IMG/VR virus record: IMGVR_UViG_3300033121_002118 | Location: 1 to 64,000 of that record | Source of the DNA: a virus | Lineage: Duplodnaviria > Caudoviricetes | Strand: one strand, 5' to 3' | DNA: 64,000 nucleotides | Shown: positions 1-9,521 of the stretch, one piece after another | Layout of the letters: the number at the start of each line of letters is the position of its first letter | Numbering within the stretch: position 1 is the first letter of the stretch | Notes under the pieces: generated by a model | The model's database searches: none | The model's input: the letters and a program-made list of their open reading frames with translations, nothing else | What the model was told of the DNA's origin: nothing | Program-made: the position numbers and the translations under genes

Positions 1-473
1 TGCAGCTTCGCGTTCTTCAGGTGGTCGACGGCCTCGTGCAGCTCGTGGCACGCATCGTACGCGATCTCCTTGACGAGGCGCTGGCCCTCCTTGGTCCGGA
101 GGTCCACCGGAAAGTCCGGAAAGCCCCGCCGCGCCTGCAGCAGGCGCATGAAGGCCACCTGGTCGTCCCAAGCCTGCCGCAGCCGGTCCACGACCGGCAC
201 GTCGAGGACCAGCCGGCGCAGGTTGCGCAGCTCCACGAGCCAGTCGGCCATCTGCCCGTGCTCCAGGCTCGCGAGCACGTCCCGAAGCGCGGTCGAGCTC
301 TCAGAGCGCCGGCGCCAGGCGATCGTCGCGTCCAGGTCGAACCCGACGCATCCCTCGAGCAGGCAGGGATCAGGCTCAGGGTGCTCCGACAATCTTTCGG
401 CCGTGCGCTTGACCCAGGCCTTGGCAGCGTCGGGCACGAGCCTGCCGACGTCGACGTACCAGCGACGGACCAC
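1..473 (-). CDS. Partial (runs off window start) dimeric all-alpha dUTPase/MazG-like nucleotide pyrophosphatase
   Basis: Hand translation from GTG 473: ...DRLRQAWDDQVAFMRLLQARRGFPDFPVDLRTKEGQRLVKEIAYDACHELHEAVDHLKNAKL; ExxE-type acidic helix; nucleotide-metabolism context. Confidence 0.55.
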   Translation of the reverse strand, partial: MVRRWYVDVGRLVPDAAKAWVKRTAERLSEHPEPDPCLLEGCVGFDLDATIAWRRRSESSTALRDVLASLEHGQMADWLVELRNLRRLVLDVPVVDRLRQAWDDQVAFMRLLQARRGFPDFPVDLRTKEGQRLVKEIAYDACHELHEAVDHLKNAKL

Positions 474-476
474 GGA

Positions 477-785
477 TCAGGCCCCTGCCAGGATCAGGGA
501 AGGCCCCTGGACCTCGGGTGCCTGGCTCTGGGCGATGAGCTCGTCGGCACGGTCCTGGAGCTGCCGGAGCCCGGCCTCGAAGGCAGCGTCGCACTCGGGC
601 GTGAGCTCCAGGACCGTGCCCTCGACCGCGCGGGGCCTGAGCCGCAGGGCGCGCAGGTGGTCGGCGACGTCGGTGCCCGTCATCATGGCCAGCTGGAGCA
701 GCTGCACCGTGCGGTGCAGGACGGCGTCGGCGAGGGAAAAGGACAGGCTCGCAGAGGTGCCCGTGTCGTGTGCTGTGGTCGTCAT
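477..785 (-). CDS. Hypothetical protein (102 aa)
   Basis: ATG 785 (MTTTAHD...), high GC3 codons, fits between neighbours. Confidence 0.7.
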   Translation of the reverse strand: MTTTAHDTGTSASLSFSLADAVLHRTVQLLQLAMMTGTDVADHLRALRLRPRAVEGTVLELTPECDAAFEAGLRQLQDRADELIAQSQAPEVQGPSLILAGA

Positions 786-817
786 GCCCACCTTGTACTC
801 TCCCAGGCAGGGGCTGT

Positions 818-1450
818 TCACAGCCCCTTGATATCGGCCAACGTCTCCGCGATGTCCTGGCCGCCCGTGAGCTCGTTGCCCACGCACAACCAGCCGTCCC
901 TGTTGCGCCTGGCAAACATCTCCAGGCGCCAAGCACCCGGCAACATGCGCTCCAGGGACTCGTGCAGCAGCTCAGGCTTGATCGAGTGGCCCAGGTTGGG
1001 CGCGAACGAGACCGAACGCTGGCTCCTGTTGCGCACCATCTTCTTTGCCCTGCCTCGAACGCCCACCAGGACCAGCTCGTGGCACTGCCTAAAGTAATGG
1101 CCCATGCCAAAGGCAAGGCGATCATGCATGTCAGGTGTGGGAACTTGGCCCTGGGCTTCCTTCTTCTTTGGACGCCGGGGCCTCTTGGTCTTCACCCAGA
1201 CGTACGTCTGCTTCAGCTTGAAGCCCCAGGCCTTCATCACCTCGAGGCCTGCCTCGAGGAACGAACCCGGCACCCACAGGGCCAGCACGCATCCGGCGGG
1301 ATCAGCGATCCCACTCACATCCAGCGCCGCGATCTCGGCGATCGACATGGTCTGATACTGGGAATCGGCCGAGCGCTTGACCCGGTCCCTCATCTTGAGC
1401 TTGTCACCGAAACGCCAGGGAGGATCGGCGATGATTGCCTGCATGAGCAT
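818..1450 (-). CDS. MT-A70 family adenine methyltransferase
   Basis: IIADPPW catalytic motif, YQTMS, LALWV, WGF..WVK, GMGHYFRQCHE, HSIKPE, LEMFARR. Confidence 0.9.
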   Translation of the reverse strand: MLMQAIIADPPWRFGDKLKMRDRVKRSADSQYQTMSIAEIAALDVSGIADPAGCVLALWVPGSFLEAGLEVMKAWGFKLKQTYVWVKTKRPRRPKKKEAQGQVPTPDMHDRLAFGMGHYFRQCHELVLVGVRGRAKKMVRNRSQRSVSFAPNLGHSIKPELLHESLERMLPGAWRLEMFARRNRDGWLCVGNELTGGQDIAETLADIKGL

Positions 1451-1530
1451 CGACGGTACGTATGTCGCCTGGATCAGATGTGATCCAGCTAGGTGCCCTG
1501 GGCCTGAATCGGCAACGGCCCTGCGTGGAT

Positions 1531-2100
1531 TCATGCGGTCGACGGAAACGCCTGCGGTCCAAACAAGGCCTCCTTGTACCACCGGGCCTCATCCAGCGAC
1601 TCGTGGATGTCGGCCAGGGCACGGTGTGCCAGCTTCTTCTTGCCGTACGTCCACCGTGGGTACCACCTGTTGACGAGCTCCTTGACCGTCGACACGTCGA
1701 CCATGCGGTAGTGCAGCCTGGGCAGGATCGTGGGCATGTGTCGCGCGAGGAAAGGCCGGTCCAGGGCGCCGATGGAATTGCCACAGAGTGGTGCCGTCTT
1801 GGGCACCAGGTATGCGTCCATCAGGGCCCTGAGCTCCACCTCCACGATGCCCACCAGGGACGCAGATGGGCTCCGGACGGCATCCAGAAGGCCTGACCCC
1901 TCATGCATCGACCGCACCACGTCGGGCATCTCGACCAAGACGTCCTCAGGTTGCCACACCACCCATGTCCCGTGTGCGACAGGGGTGAGGTCAGCCTCCG
2001 TGACCAGCGCGGCCACCTCGAGCACGGCGTCCTTTTCCGGGTCCAGGCCCGTCGTCTCAAGGTCGATCCAGAACAGCCTGTCGGCGCGCGGCTCCATCAC
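1531..2100 (-). CDS. orn: Oligoribonuclease (DEDDh exonuclease)
   Basis: WIDLETTGLD, MHEGSGL, LCGNSI..DRPFL, HYRMVDVSTVKEL..RW, HRALADIHES. Confidence 0.92.
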   Translation of the reverse strand: MMEPRADRLFWIDLETTGLDPEKDAVLEVAALVTEADLTPVAHGTWVVWQPEDVLVEMPDVVRSMHEGSGLLDAVRSPSASLVGIVEVELRALMDAYLVPKTAPLCGNSIGALDRPFLARHMPTILPRLHYRMVDVSTVKELVNRWYPRWTYGKKKLAHRALADIHESLDEARWYKEALFGPQAFPSTA

Positions 2101-2714
2101 ACCACCTCCCTGTCGACCAGCGCGCCCCAGATCCTGCTGGAGACCGCCTCAGGCGGGCCCGACGCGTCGACCTCGACCGCGATGTCGGCGTTGCGTCGGG
2201 CCCAGGCCGCGTACTCCTCCCTGGCCCTGGCCTGCAGCTCTCTGCTGCGCTCGTACGAGTCGTCCTCACGGGCCCGGCCGTGCAACGCCCCGCTCATGAT
2301 GATCACTGCATCGGGCCTGGTCAGGACGCGCTCGCACAGGCGCAGGAACGGCTCAGGCACGCCCGTGACGCGGCCGTAGACCACCGACGACGTGCTCCAC
2401 CTGTCGAACACGACGTAGTCCTGGGTCGCGAGCAGGAAGGGCAGGCACGCCAGCTGGGGCACCAGCTTGTCGACCAGCTGGATCGCCTGGAACGCGTTGG
2501 GCCACCTTCGTGCCGAACCCGAGCCGAGCATCCCATAGATGACCCGGCCCGTGGCCGTGCGTGCCATCGGCAGCTTCGGGGACGTGGCCCGCCTGCCCGA
2601 CCGCGTCAGGCCCTCGAGCAGCATCTGGACCTGCGTGGTCTTGCCCACGCCGTCCGTTCCCTCAAACGAGATGATGCGGGTCCGTTTCTTCTTCGCCTCA
2701 GCCGACATGGCCAT
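2097..2714 (-). CDS. tmk: Thymidylate kinase
   Basis: ISFEGTDGVGKTTQ P-loop, VFDRWSTSSVVYG, PDAVI; start at 2714 or 2708. Confidence 0.88.
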   Translation of the reverse strand: MAMSAEAKKKRTRIISFEGTDGVGKTTQVQMLLEGLTRSGRRATSPKLPMARTATGRVIYGMLGSGSARRWPNAFQAIQLVDKLVPQLACLPFLLATQDYVVFDRWSTSSVVYGRVTGVPEPFLRLCERVLTRPDAVIIMSGALHGRAREDDSYERSRELQARAREEYAAWARRNADIAVEVDASGPPEAVSSRIWGALVDREVV

Positions 2715-2766
2715 GCTGGTACGGCACAGGACCACGCGCGGACACAAGCAGGCCATAATTAAGGGG

Positions 2767-3687
2767 ATGTCGCAAAAGACCAAGGCTGAGCTGCAGGCAT
2801 TCCTACACGAGGCTGTGCCTGACCTGGTGTACAGGTACCTGATCCGTGTGGGCAGCCTGAGACAGTGCGGCTCGATCTCCGACGCCTTCGGGACCATCGC
2901 ACGTGACGCGGGTTTCGAAGCCTTCGTCTCATCACGCCCGGGTCACTTCTACAACGTGGTCAGGGTGTCGGACGGCGTGTTCGAGGTCGACCTGTCCGCG
3001 GTCCAGTTCGAGTTCGACCGGTGGGCCGAGGACGAGGACGCAGAGATGGAGCGCCTCATGGCCATCATCGCGCACGACCCATTCAGGGCCATCAAGGTGC
3101 GAAGGATCGAAGAGGTACCTGCGTGGGCCCATGAGCCGCCGCCCGAGGAGGGCCAGTGCTATGCACCGGTGGCTGGATTCAAGCGTGGATACACGAAGAG
3201 GCTCATGCGGGGTGAGTACGGCCGGGTGGACGGCTACATGAAGGACCTGCTGCAAGGACGCCCGTACGCCCAGGGCATGCGGCCCATCGAGCTGGAGGTC
3301 AGGAGACCTAGTCACGGCATGCGCAGGATCGAACTGGTCGAACGACGCGTGATGCAGCGGCTCCTCGAGGCAGGACGTCGTGTCCAGGGCCAGTGGCACG
3401 ACGTCGACCATGGTCGAGGCGGCTCGGTCTACAACAGGAACGAGCCACGACGTCGAACATCGTCCCAAGCACCCGCGGCCGCAGGGAGCCGATGGGACTC
3501 ATGGACACCTGAACAACGTGCCGAGATGCTCGAGGTCGAGATGGGCGGCTACGACGCCAAGGCTCGCGGCGGCATCGCCCAGTCGAGCTGGGCCCAGCTA
3601 CCCGACGTCATCGGGTCCGAGAAGATGCAGGGTTTCGCGCGGATCGTGATGACCTGGGCACGCGACCTGGCCTCAAGCCGGATGTGA
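2767..3687 (+). CDS. Hypothetical protein with leader-like N-terminus (ELQAFLHEA) and a second internal leader-like segment
   Basis: TAATTA 2756-2761 then ATG 5 nt later; in frame with ORF 2539..3687. Confidence 0.7.
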   Translation: MSQKTKAELQAFLHEAVPDLVYRYLIRVGSLRQCGSISDAFGTIARDAGFEAFVSSRPGHFYNVVRVSDGVFEVDLSAVQFEFDRWAEDEDAEMERLMAIIAHDPFRAIKVRRIEEVPAWAHEPPPEEGQCYAPVAGFKRGYTKRLMRGEYGRVDGYMKDLLQGRPYAQGMRPIELEVRRPSHGMRRIELVERRVMQRLLEAGRRVQGQWHDVDHGRGGSVYNRNEPRRRTSSQAPAAAGSRWDSWTPEQRAEMLEVEMGGYDAKARGGIAQSSWAQLPDVIGSEKMQGFARIVMTWARDLASSRM

Positions 3688-4203
3688 CGCGACGGGCCGT
3701 CGCAGCGTCACGAACTCAAGCGCGATCCCGGCGGTGGCCGGTGAGGCCTGCACCAGGACCCGGTCGGTCGTGACGAAGTCTGGGTCGAGCTCCAGGAACG
3801 CGTCCGCGCCGGGAAACCGTGCGCACACCCGGGTCAGGTGCACGGTCGTGACGAGGGGCATCAGCTGCCGGTACATCTCGGCGCCGCCGATCAGGCAAGG
3901 CTCTGGATCGTCCCTGTAGGCGACGCCCAGGGCCTCATGGATCGAACCGACGAAGACTGCGCCCTCCACGCCCACGCATGGGTTGCGCGTGATCACGACG
4001 TTCTTGCGACCGGGCAGAGGCCTGAACTTCTCTGGGATCGACTGCCAGGTCTTCCGGCCCATGACCACTGCATGGCCCATCGTGAGCGCCTTGAAGCGAG
4101 CCACGTCGGACTGCAGCCTGGGCCAGGGCAGGCTAGTTCCCGTGCCGATCGCACCGTCCTCTGCGATCGCGACCACCATCGTCAACGGACGCATCTCCTT
4201 CAC
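3673..4203 (-). CDS. folA: Dihydrofolate reductase
   Basis: VVAIAEDGAIG..LPW, D..RFKALTMGHAVVMGRKTWQSIP..RPLPGRKNVVITR, IGGAEMY. Confidence 0.95.
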   Translation of the reverse strand: MKEMRPLTMVVAIAEDGAIGTGTSLPWPRLQSDVARFKALTMGHAVVMGRKTWQSIPEKFRPLPGRKNVVITRNPCVGVEGAVFVGSIHEALGVAYRDDPEPCLIGGAEMYRQLMPLVTTVHLTRVCARFPGADAFLELDPDFVTTDRVLVQASPATAGIALEFVTLRRPVASHPA

Positions 4204-4275
4204 TGGAGACCTCTCACGTGTTTTTTCGGGTTCTTTTGTGCCATGGACGGGACTGTAGCGGGCCGGCGGGCGCGT

Positions 4276-4587
4276 CTATACGTGTCGAGCCCACGCATAC
4301 AGTCGGTCCTGCAGCATGGACTGCACCTCGTCCCCCAGGTCCTCGAGCGCGTTGCGGAGCCGGGCCATGGCCTCGCGGCGCTCCCGGGACGAGTCTGCGG
4401 CCGAGTTGACGTGGGGCAGGACGCGGCGCATCAACGCCTCCACGAAGTCGTCGGTGCACTGCCGCAGGGCGAAGTCGGGCACGCCCCGCAGCAGCTCCTC
4501 ACGCACGATCCCACGGAAGCGCGCCTCGACCTCTGTCGTCGGCCTTCTTTTCACTGGGCGTCGCTGGCTGGCCGCGTGGGTCCGCAT
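4276..4587 (-). CDS. Small leader-family protein (RFRGIVREELLR)
   Basis: 103-aa ORF coupled to upstream gene; leader variant. Confidence 0.7.
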   Translation of the reverse strand: MRTHAASQRRPVKRRPTTEVEARFRGIVREELLRGVPDFALRQCTDDFVEALMRRVLPHVNSAADSSRERREAMARLRNALEDLGDEVQSMLQDRLYAWARHV

Positions 4588-4588
4588 G

Positions 4589-4906
4589 TCAGCCCTTCCA
4601 GAACTCGCCCTCGTCCAAACGACGCTGCACGTCCTGCACCACGGGGGCGATGACCTCCATCAGCTCCTCGGTCAGGGCCATGGCCGCGTCCTCGACCTGC
4701 TGGTCCCAGGCCGAGGCCCCGCCCCGCTCCTCGCCCATGCCGTCGTCGTCCTCGTACGGGTTGGCCTCCTTGAAGGCCTCACCCGCCGCGCCTGCGCAGG
4801 CGCTCACGAGATCCTCCCACTCGGGGGCGACCTCACCCTCGCGCAGCCTGCGCACCTCACCCACGATGATCCTGCGCAGCCCTTCCTTCGTCAGCCTGAC
4901 AGCCAT
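4589..4906 (-). CDS. Small acidic leader-family protein
   Basis: MAVRLTKEGLRRIIVGEVRRLREGE...; AG-rich RBS upstream. Confidence 0.8.
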   Translation of the reverse strand: MAVRLTKEGLRRIIVGEVRRLREGEVAPEWEDLVSACAGAAGEAFKEANPYEDDDGMGEERGGASAWDQQVEDAAMALTEELMEVIAPVVQDVQRRLDEGEFWKG

Positions 4907-4923
4907 TGTCGTCCCTTCCTCAA

Positions 4924-4989
4924 TCAGTCGTACTCGCCGTACTGCAGCTTCTCGACGATGCGCCGCAGCTGTCCCCGTGTGATCCTCAT
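4924..4989 (-). CDS. 21-aa mini-ORF that is almost only the leader (MRITRGQLRRIVEKLQYGEYD); probable deletion remnant
   Basis: Hand translation; ATGA overlap with the upstream stop at 4986. Confidence 0.6.
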   Translation of the reverse strand: MRITRGQLRRIVEKLQYGEYD

Positions 4990-5234
4990 CGCTTGCCTCC
5001 CAAGAACCGTGAGACGTCGGCCACCATGGGCTCGATCCTGGACCGCAGGTTGTCGAGGGAGCCCTGGACCTTGTCCTGCATGCCCTTGCCCGCGTCGGCG
5101 ACGAATGCCTGGCCCAGGGCCGCCATGAAGGCGTCCAGGGCCGCGCGCTTTGGATCGCCCTGGACAGCCTCACGCAGCTCGGACCGCACCAGCCTGCGCA
5201 GCTCGTCGACGCCCATCCTTCGTGACGTTCCCAT
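4986..5234 (-). CDS. Small leader-family protein
   Basis: MGTSRRMGVDELRRLVRSELREAVQ...; TANNTA at 5241-5246, 6 nt before ATG. Confidence 0.75.
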   Translation of the reverse strand: MGTSRRMGVDELRRLVRSELREAVQGDPKRAALDAFMAALGQAFVADAGKGMQDKVQGSLDNLRSRIEPMVADVSRFLGGKR

Positions 5235-5254
5235 CGGTGCTAGGTATGCGCCCG

Positions 5255-7942
5255 TCACCCGCACTTGCTGTGGCCGCAGTTGACGCAGGTCGGGCAGTTG
5301 TCCTGGTACTTGAACGGCCCAGGGCCACCGCACTCTGGGCACAGCTTCTCGGTGGACACCGTGCCGTCCGGGATGTAACCCTTCAGGATCCGGGCCACCA
5401 CCCGGGTCAACGAGTGCATCTCGCTGTGCCTGTCCTTCTGGAGCTGCTCGACCACGTACTGCACGGGCACCCCGTGACGCAGGGCCAGGGACGCCATCCG
5501 CGTGACCGCACCGCCCTCGGGGTCGTCGAACAGGTCGACCACGTTCCGAAAGACCAGCGGATCGTCCTCGTCGCCTGCGGCGATCCGGAGGTCGTACGTG
5601 GCCACGCCCTTGACCCGGCGCGACTTCACGAGGCTGCCCTTCCTGTACCGACGCGGGATCTCGACGTTCTTGGCCAGGCCGCAGAAGACCTCGTAGGGCT
5701 TGCCGTCCATCAGGCCCACGAGCACGATGTAGCGCTGGGTCACCCGCTCCAGGGAGGCCGCGTCCTCTGACGGTGCCTGGCCTGGCTCGGTGGGCCCGAT
5801 GGTCGTGATCTGCGTGTGGTGCACGTCGCACTCAAGGTCCTTGGGTCGTCTGGTGGCCTGGGTCTGCACCAGGCCGGAGGACTGTTCCTTCCTCTTGGCG
5901 CCGTCCACCGACATCAGCACGCCGTCTCGGCATTCGTCGCGGTACACGGTGATGCCCTTGCAGCCGACCTCCCAGGCGCGCATGAACACCTGCTTGACCA
6001 CGTCGACGGTGGCGTCCTTGGGCAGGTTCACGGTCTTCGAGATCGCATGGCACACCCAGCGCTGGGCGGCGCCCTGCAGATCGACCGAGGCGACCCAGTC
6101 GACGTCGGCCGAGGTCGCGCCCCACCAGGGCGAGTCATCGGGCCGTGACAGGCCCGTGACCCGCATCCAGTCCGTGAAGGCCGGGTGGTGCACGGTGTAC
6201 TCCTGCCATGCATCGCCCAGGGCGTCCACGAAGTCAGGCTTGAGCCCACGCGCGGCCAGGGCTTCCACCTCGGCCGTCGACAGCTTACGACGGCGCAGCA
6301 GCACCAGCAGGTAGGCAGGCTCGATCCCGCTCGTCGTGCGGGTCTGGGTCGAGGTGGTGCCCGCTGGCGCGGTCGTCGTGTTCGCGATGTTCCTCCGCCC
6401 GTGCGCGCGCCATAGGGCGTCCAGCTCCGGGTCGGCCTCGCGCACCTGGCGCAGGAAGACATGGTCTTCTTCCAGGGACCAGTCGTAGATCGGGAAGGGC
6501 CCACGCTCCGCGGCCATCACGCACGAGGACCTGTAGGACTCCACAGCGAGCGTCCGGTAGATCGATTCCGTGACCTCGACGGACTCAGGCGCGCCGTACC
6601 TGATCCCCAGAGCAGCCAGACAGTCACCCAGGCCCGTGATGCCCAGGCCCGTGCGCCGGCCCTCGTACGCCTTCTTTCGCACGGCAGTCCACATCTCGAG
6701 CTCGACCCGCTTGACCCTGTCAGGCTCACGGTCCTCGAGGACCTTGGTGATGATCCGGTCCACCGCCTCGATCTCAAGATCGACCAGGTCATCCATCAGG
6801 CGCTGGGCCCTGCGTGCCGTGTCCTTGAAGACGCTCCAGGCGAACTGAGCGCCCTTCGTGAAGGCCCGCAGCACGCACTTGTACAGATTGATGACCATGA
6901 GCCTGCACGAATCGTACGAGCACAGGGGCAGCTCCCCGCACGGGTTGGTCGACACGGTCCTGAACCCGAACCGGGCGTAGGCATCGGCAGGCGTCCGCTC
7001 CAGGACCCGGTCCCAGAACAACACGCCCGGCTCGGCCGCCTGCCAGGCGGCCACCGTGATCGCGTCCCAGACGGGACCCGCCTGCACCATGCGTCGGACG
7101 CGAACGTGCTCAGGCGCCGACGACCATGCCTCAGGCTCGCACGGGAAGCTCTGCTCGTATTCCTGTCCCGCCACCGCGGCCTGCATGAATTCGTCCGTGA
7201 CGCGCGTCGACACGTTCGCGCCCGTCACGTTCTTCAGGTCCTGCTTCATCGCGATGAAGTCCTGGATGTCAGGATGACGAACGTCCAGCGTCAGCATCCT
7301 CGCGCCACGCCGCCCGCCCTGGGCCACCTCACGCGTGGTCGAAGAAAAGCGCTGGCAGAAGAGCGTGATGCCGTCGGACGTGCCCGCGGCGTTCTTGGTC
7401 GCGGCCCCTTTCCACCGTAGGGTGGACACGTCGTTGCCCACGCCGCCGCGGCGCTTCATGATCTGGGCCCCTTCCTCGTCGGCGCGGAAGATGCCACCGT
7501 ACGAGTCCCAGGGCGACTCGATCACGAAGCAGTTGCTGAGGGACTGGAACCTGTACGGATCACCGATGCCCGACATCGGGCTGCCCTGGGGCACGACGAC
7601 CCCGTAGCCGCGGTCGTACTCCTTGAGCACCTCCAGCTCCACCTCACCGGGCAGGCGCCCGTCGTGGTCCTGGGCCAGAGCCTCGACGTCGACGTCTGCG
7701 AGCAGGCAGAAGACCTCCTGCACCGACATCGGGTTCGGATAGCGCGCCTCGATCCGGGCGAGCTCCCGCGCGAGGCGCACGTGCATGTCGGCAGGGGTGA
7801 GTTCCAGGAGCTCATTAGGCCCCCTGCGCAGCGCGTACTTGCGGACGAAGGCGTCGGCGGCCAGCTCGTCGCCGCCAAAGTAACGGAGGCTGGCGGCGCG
7901 ACACGCGTCCACCGTGTGAAAGACGGGTTCCACCATCATCAT
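5255..7942 (-). CDS. nrdJ: Class II (B12-dependent) ribonucleotide reductase
   Basis: SLSNCFV, QGGRRGARM, TNPCGE, RRTGLG, TTAPAGTTS, ISKTVNLP, KGITVYRD, C-terminal CxxC..CxxC. Confidence 0.95.
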   Translation of the reverse strand: MMMVEPVFHTVDACRAASLRYFGGDELAADAFVRKYALRRGPNELLELTPADMHVRLARELARIEARYPNPMSVQEVFCLLADVDVEALAQDHDGRLPGEVELEVLKEYDRGYGVVVPQGSPMSGIGDPYRFQSLSNCFVIESPWDSYGGIFRADEEGAQIMKRRGGVGNDVSTLRWKGAATKNAAGTSDGITLFCQRFSSTTREVAQGGRRGARMLTLDVRHPDIQDFIAMKQDLKNVTGANVSTRVTDEFMQAAVAGQEYEQSFPCEPEAWSSAPEHVRVRRMVQAGPVWDAITVAAWQAAEPGVLFWDRVLERTPADAYARFGFRTVSTNPCGELPLCSYDSCRLMVINLYKCVLRAFTKGAQFAWSVFKDTARRAQRLMDDLVDLEIEAVDRIITKVLEDREPDRVKRVELEMWTAVRKKAYEGRRTGLGITGLGDCLAALGIRYGAPESVEVTESIYRTLAVESYRSSCVMAAERGPFPIYDWSLEEDHVFLRQVREADPELDALWRAHGRRNIANTTTAPAGTTSTQTRTTSGIEPAYLLVLLRRRKLSTAEVEALAARGLKPDFVDALGDAWQEYTVHHPAFTDWMRVTGLSRPDDSPWWGATSADVDWVASVDLQGAAQRWVCHAISKTVNLPKDATVDVVKQVFMRAWEVGCKGITVYRDECRDGVLMSVDGAKRKEQSSGLVQTQATRRPKDLECDVHHTQITTIGPTEPGQAPSEDAASLERVTQRYIVLVGLMDGKPYEVFCGLAKNVEIPRRYRKGSLVKSRRVKGVATYDLRIAAGDEDDPLVFRNVVDLFDDPEGGAVTRMASLALRHGVPVQYVVEQLQKDRHSEMHSLTRVVARILKGYIPDGTVSTEKLCPECGGPGPFKYQDNCPTCVNCGHSKCG

Positions 7943-8019
7943 AGTTCCTTGCGATGGGCGCGCGATCCGCCTGTCAAGGGCCCGCTGCGTCCCATGGAAG
8001 TCTAGCTATTCCCAGACAG

Positions 8020-9474
8020 TCAGCGCCCGGGACCCCGAGGCTCACCGACCTGGATGCCGTCGCCTCGCAGCTGTTCCACCTTCTCTGTCATCGTGCGCCT
8101 GAGCCCTGCGAGCCTGGTCTTCATGGTGCCCTCGTCCTCGGCCTTCACTTCCTCGAGGGTGCCGGGCCCGCCCGTGATCGTGATCCTCGAGCGGGCCGTG
8201 TTGATCTTGATCGGATACACGATGCCGTCGCGACCAGCGCGGTTCTTGGCCACGTACAGGCGCCCAAGGCCCAGGGCCTTCTCCTGCGGGCGCCGTGACA
8301 GGCCCAGGACGACGTCGGCCACCATGGCCTTGCCGTACGCCTCGCTCATGTTGGTGAGGTCGACCACCTCGGACGAGGAGCCTTCCTTGTTCGACTGCGA
8401 CGCCGTCCAGATCGGCACCGACAGCTCGCCGGCCAGGGCGCGGAGCTCCTCGTAGATCAGCTTGAGCTCCATGCGGAGCTGCTCGTACTGTCGGGTCGAG
8501 CGCATGATGTCGGCGTAGTCGATCAGGATGAGACCAGGCACGAAGCCCGACAGGGCATGGCGCTCCAGCCATGCCCGAAGCGTGAAGACAGTGGCCGTGC
8601 CGCTCGGGTAGTACTTGACCTTGAGCGTGCCCAACCGGGCACGCTCGGCAGCGTAGTAGGTGTCGACGTCGGCCCGACGCTCGTCCAGGTCGTCGAAGTC
8701 GATGTCCATGATCCGCGAGTCGTAGCGCTTCAGGATCTGGGCCTCGCTCAGCTCGAACGTGAACTGCGCGACATTGATGCCCAGCGACACGGCGTGAGCC
8801 CCCAGGTCGACCAATTCATGGCTCTTGCCCACGCCTGTGGGTGCCACGATGACGCCCAGCTCCCCTCGGCCCAGCCCACCGCTCAGCAGCCCCTTCGCGT
8901 CCAGCTGCGCGTGCCCAGTGGGCACAGGCATGCGCGCGGTGACGGCATAGCGCGCGTCGACGTCTGTGACGAGATCGAGGCCGGGCGACGTGGGCGTGCC
9001 CACGGCGACAGCCTTCTTGAGGCGATCGACGATCGCCTCGTACCTGTTGCCCTCGATGTCGTCCACCGCGCTCTCGAGGGCGATCCTGAGGGCCTGCTTC
9101 CTGCAGAACTCCAGCGACTTTTCCTTGACGAAGGGCAGGTCGCCCAGCTCCGGGTCGGACTGCATCCGGCGCAGGTAGTCCACGATCTGGCCCCGAAGCG
9201 TCTGGTCGGCCGCGCCTTTCAGGTCGTCGCGCAGGATCGTGATCAGGATCGGGACGGTGGGAAAGGTCTTGTAGCGCTTCGCATACGCGATGTGACGATC
9301 GACCACGAACTGCAGGTATTTCAGGTCGAAATAGCTGCTGTCCATCACCTCAGTCATCTGCTCCGCCCAACGTGGGTCGACCAGCAGGGCCTGGACCACC
9401 TTCTCCTGGAAGGGCCGACCAAAGCTCGTGAAGGTCGCATGCGTCTGCTGCGCGGTCTGGGGCTCTTCTGCCAT
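8020..9474 (-). CDS. Replicative DnaB/gp41-like helicase
   Basis: Walker A APTGVGKS, FELSE, LIDYAD, IWTASQ, AKNRAG. Confidence 0.92.
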   Translation of the reverse strand: MAEEPQTAQQTHATFTSFGRPFQEKVVQALLVDPRWAEQMTEVMDSSYFDLKYLQFVVDRHIAYAKRYKTFPTVPILITILRDDLKGAADQTLRGQIVDYLRRMQSDPELGDLPFVKEKSLEFCRKQALRIALESAVDDIEGNRYEAIVDRLKKAVAVGTPTSPGLDLVTDVDARYAVTARMPVPTGHAQLDAKGLLSGGLGRGELGVIVAPTGVGKSHELVDLGAHAVSLGINVAQFTFELSEAQILKRYDSRIMDIDFDDLDERRADVDTYYAAERARLGTLKVKYYPSGTATVFTLRAWLERHALSGFVPGLILIDYADIMRSTRQYEQLRMELKLIYEELRALAGELSVPIWTASQSNKEGSSSEVVDLTNMSEAYGKAMVADVVLGLSRRPQEKALGLGRLYVAKNRAGRDGIVYPIKINTARSRITITGGPGTLEEVKAEDEGTMKTRLAGLRRTMTEKVEQLRGDGIQVGEPRGPGR

Positions 9475-9521
9475 CGCTCATTCCTTGTCGTGTTTGTGCG
9501 GCTTATCGTGCTATGGAATCT

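Noticed and set aside
7940-7978. Sigma70 promoter TTGACA...TATGAT before nrdJ
   Set aside because: Spacing is 28 nt, not about 17
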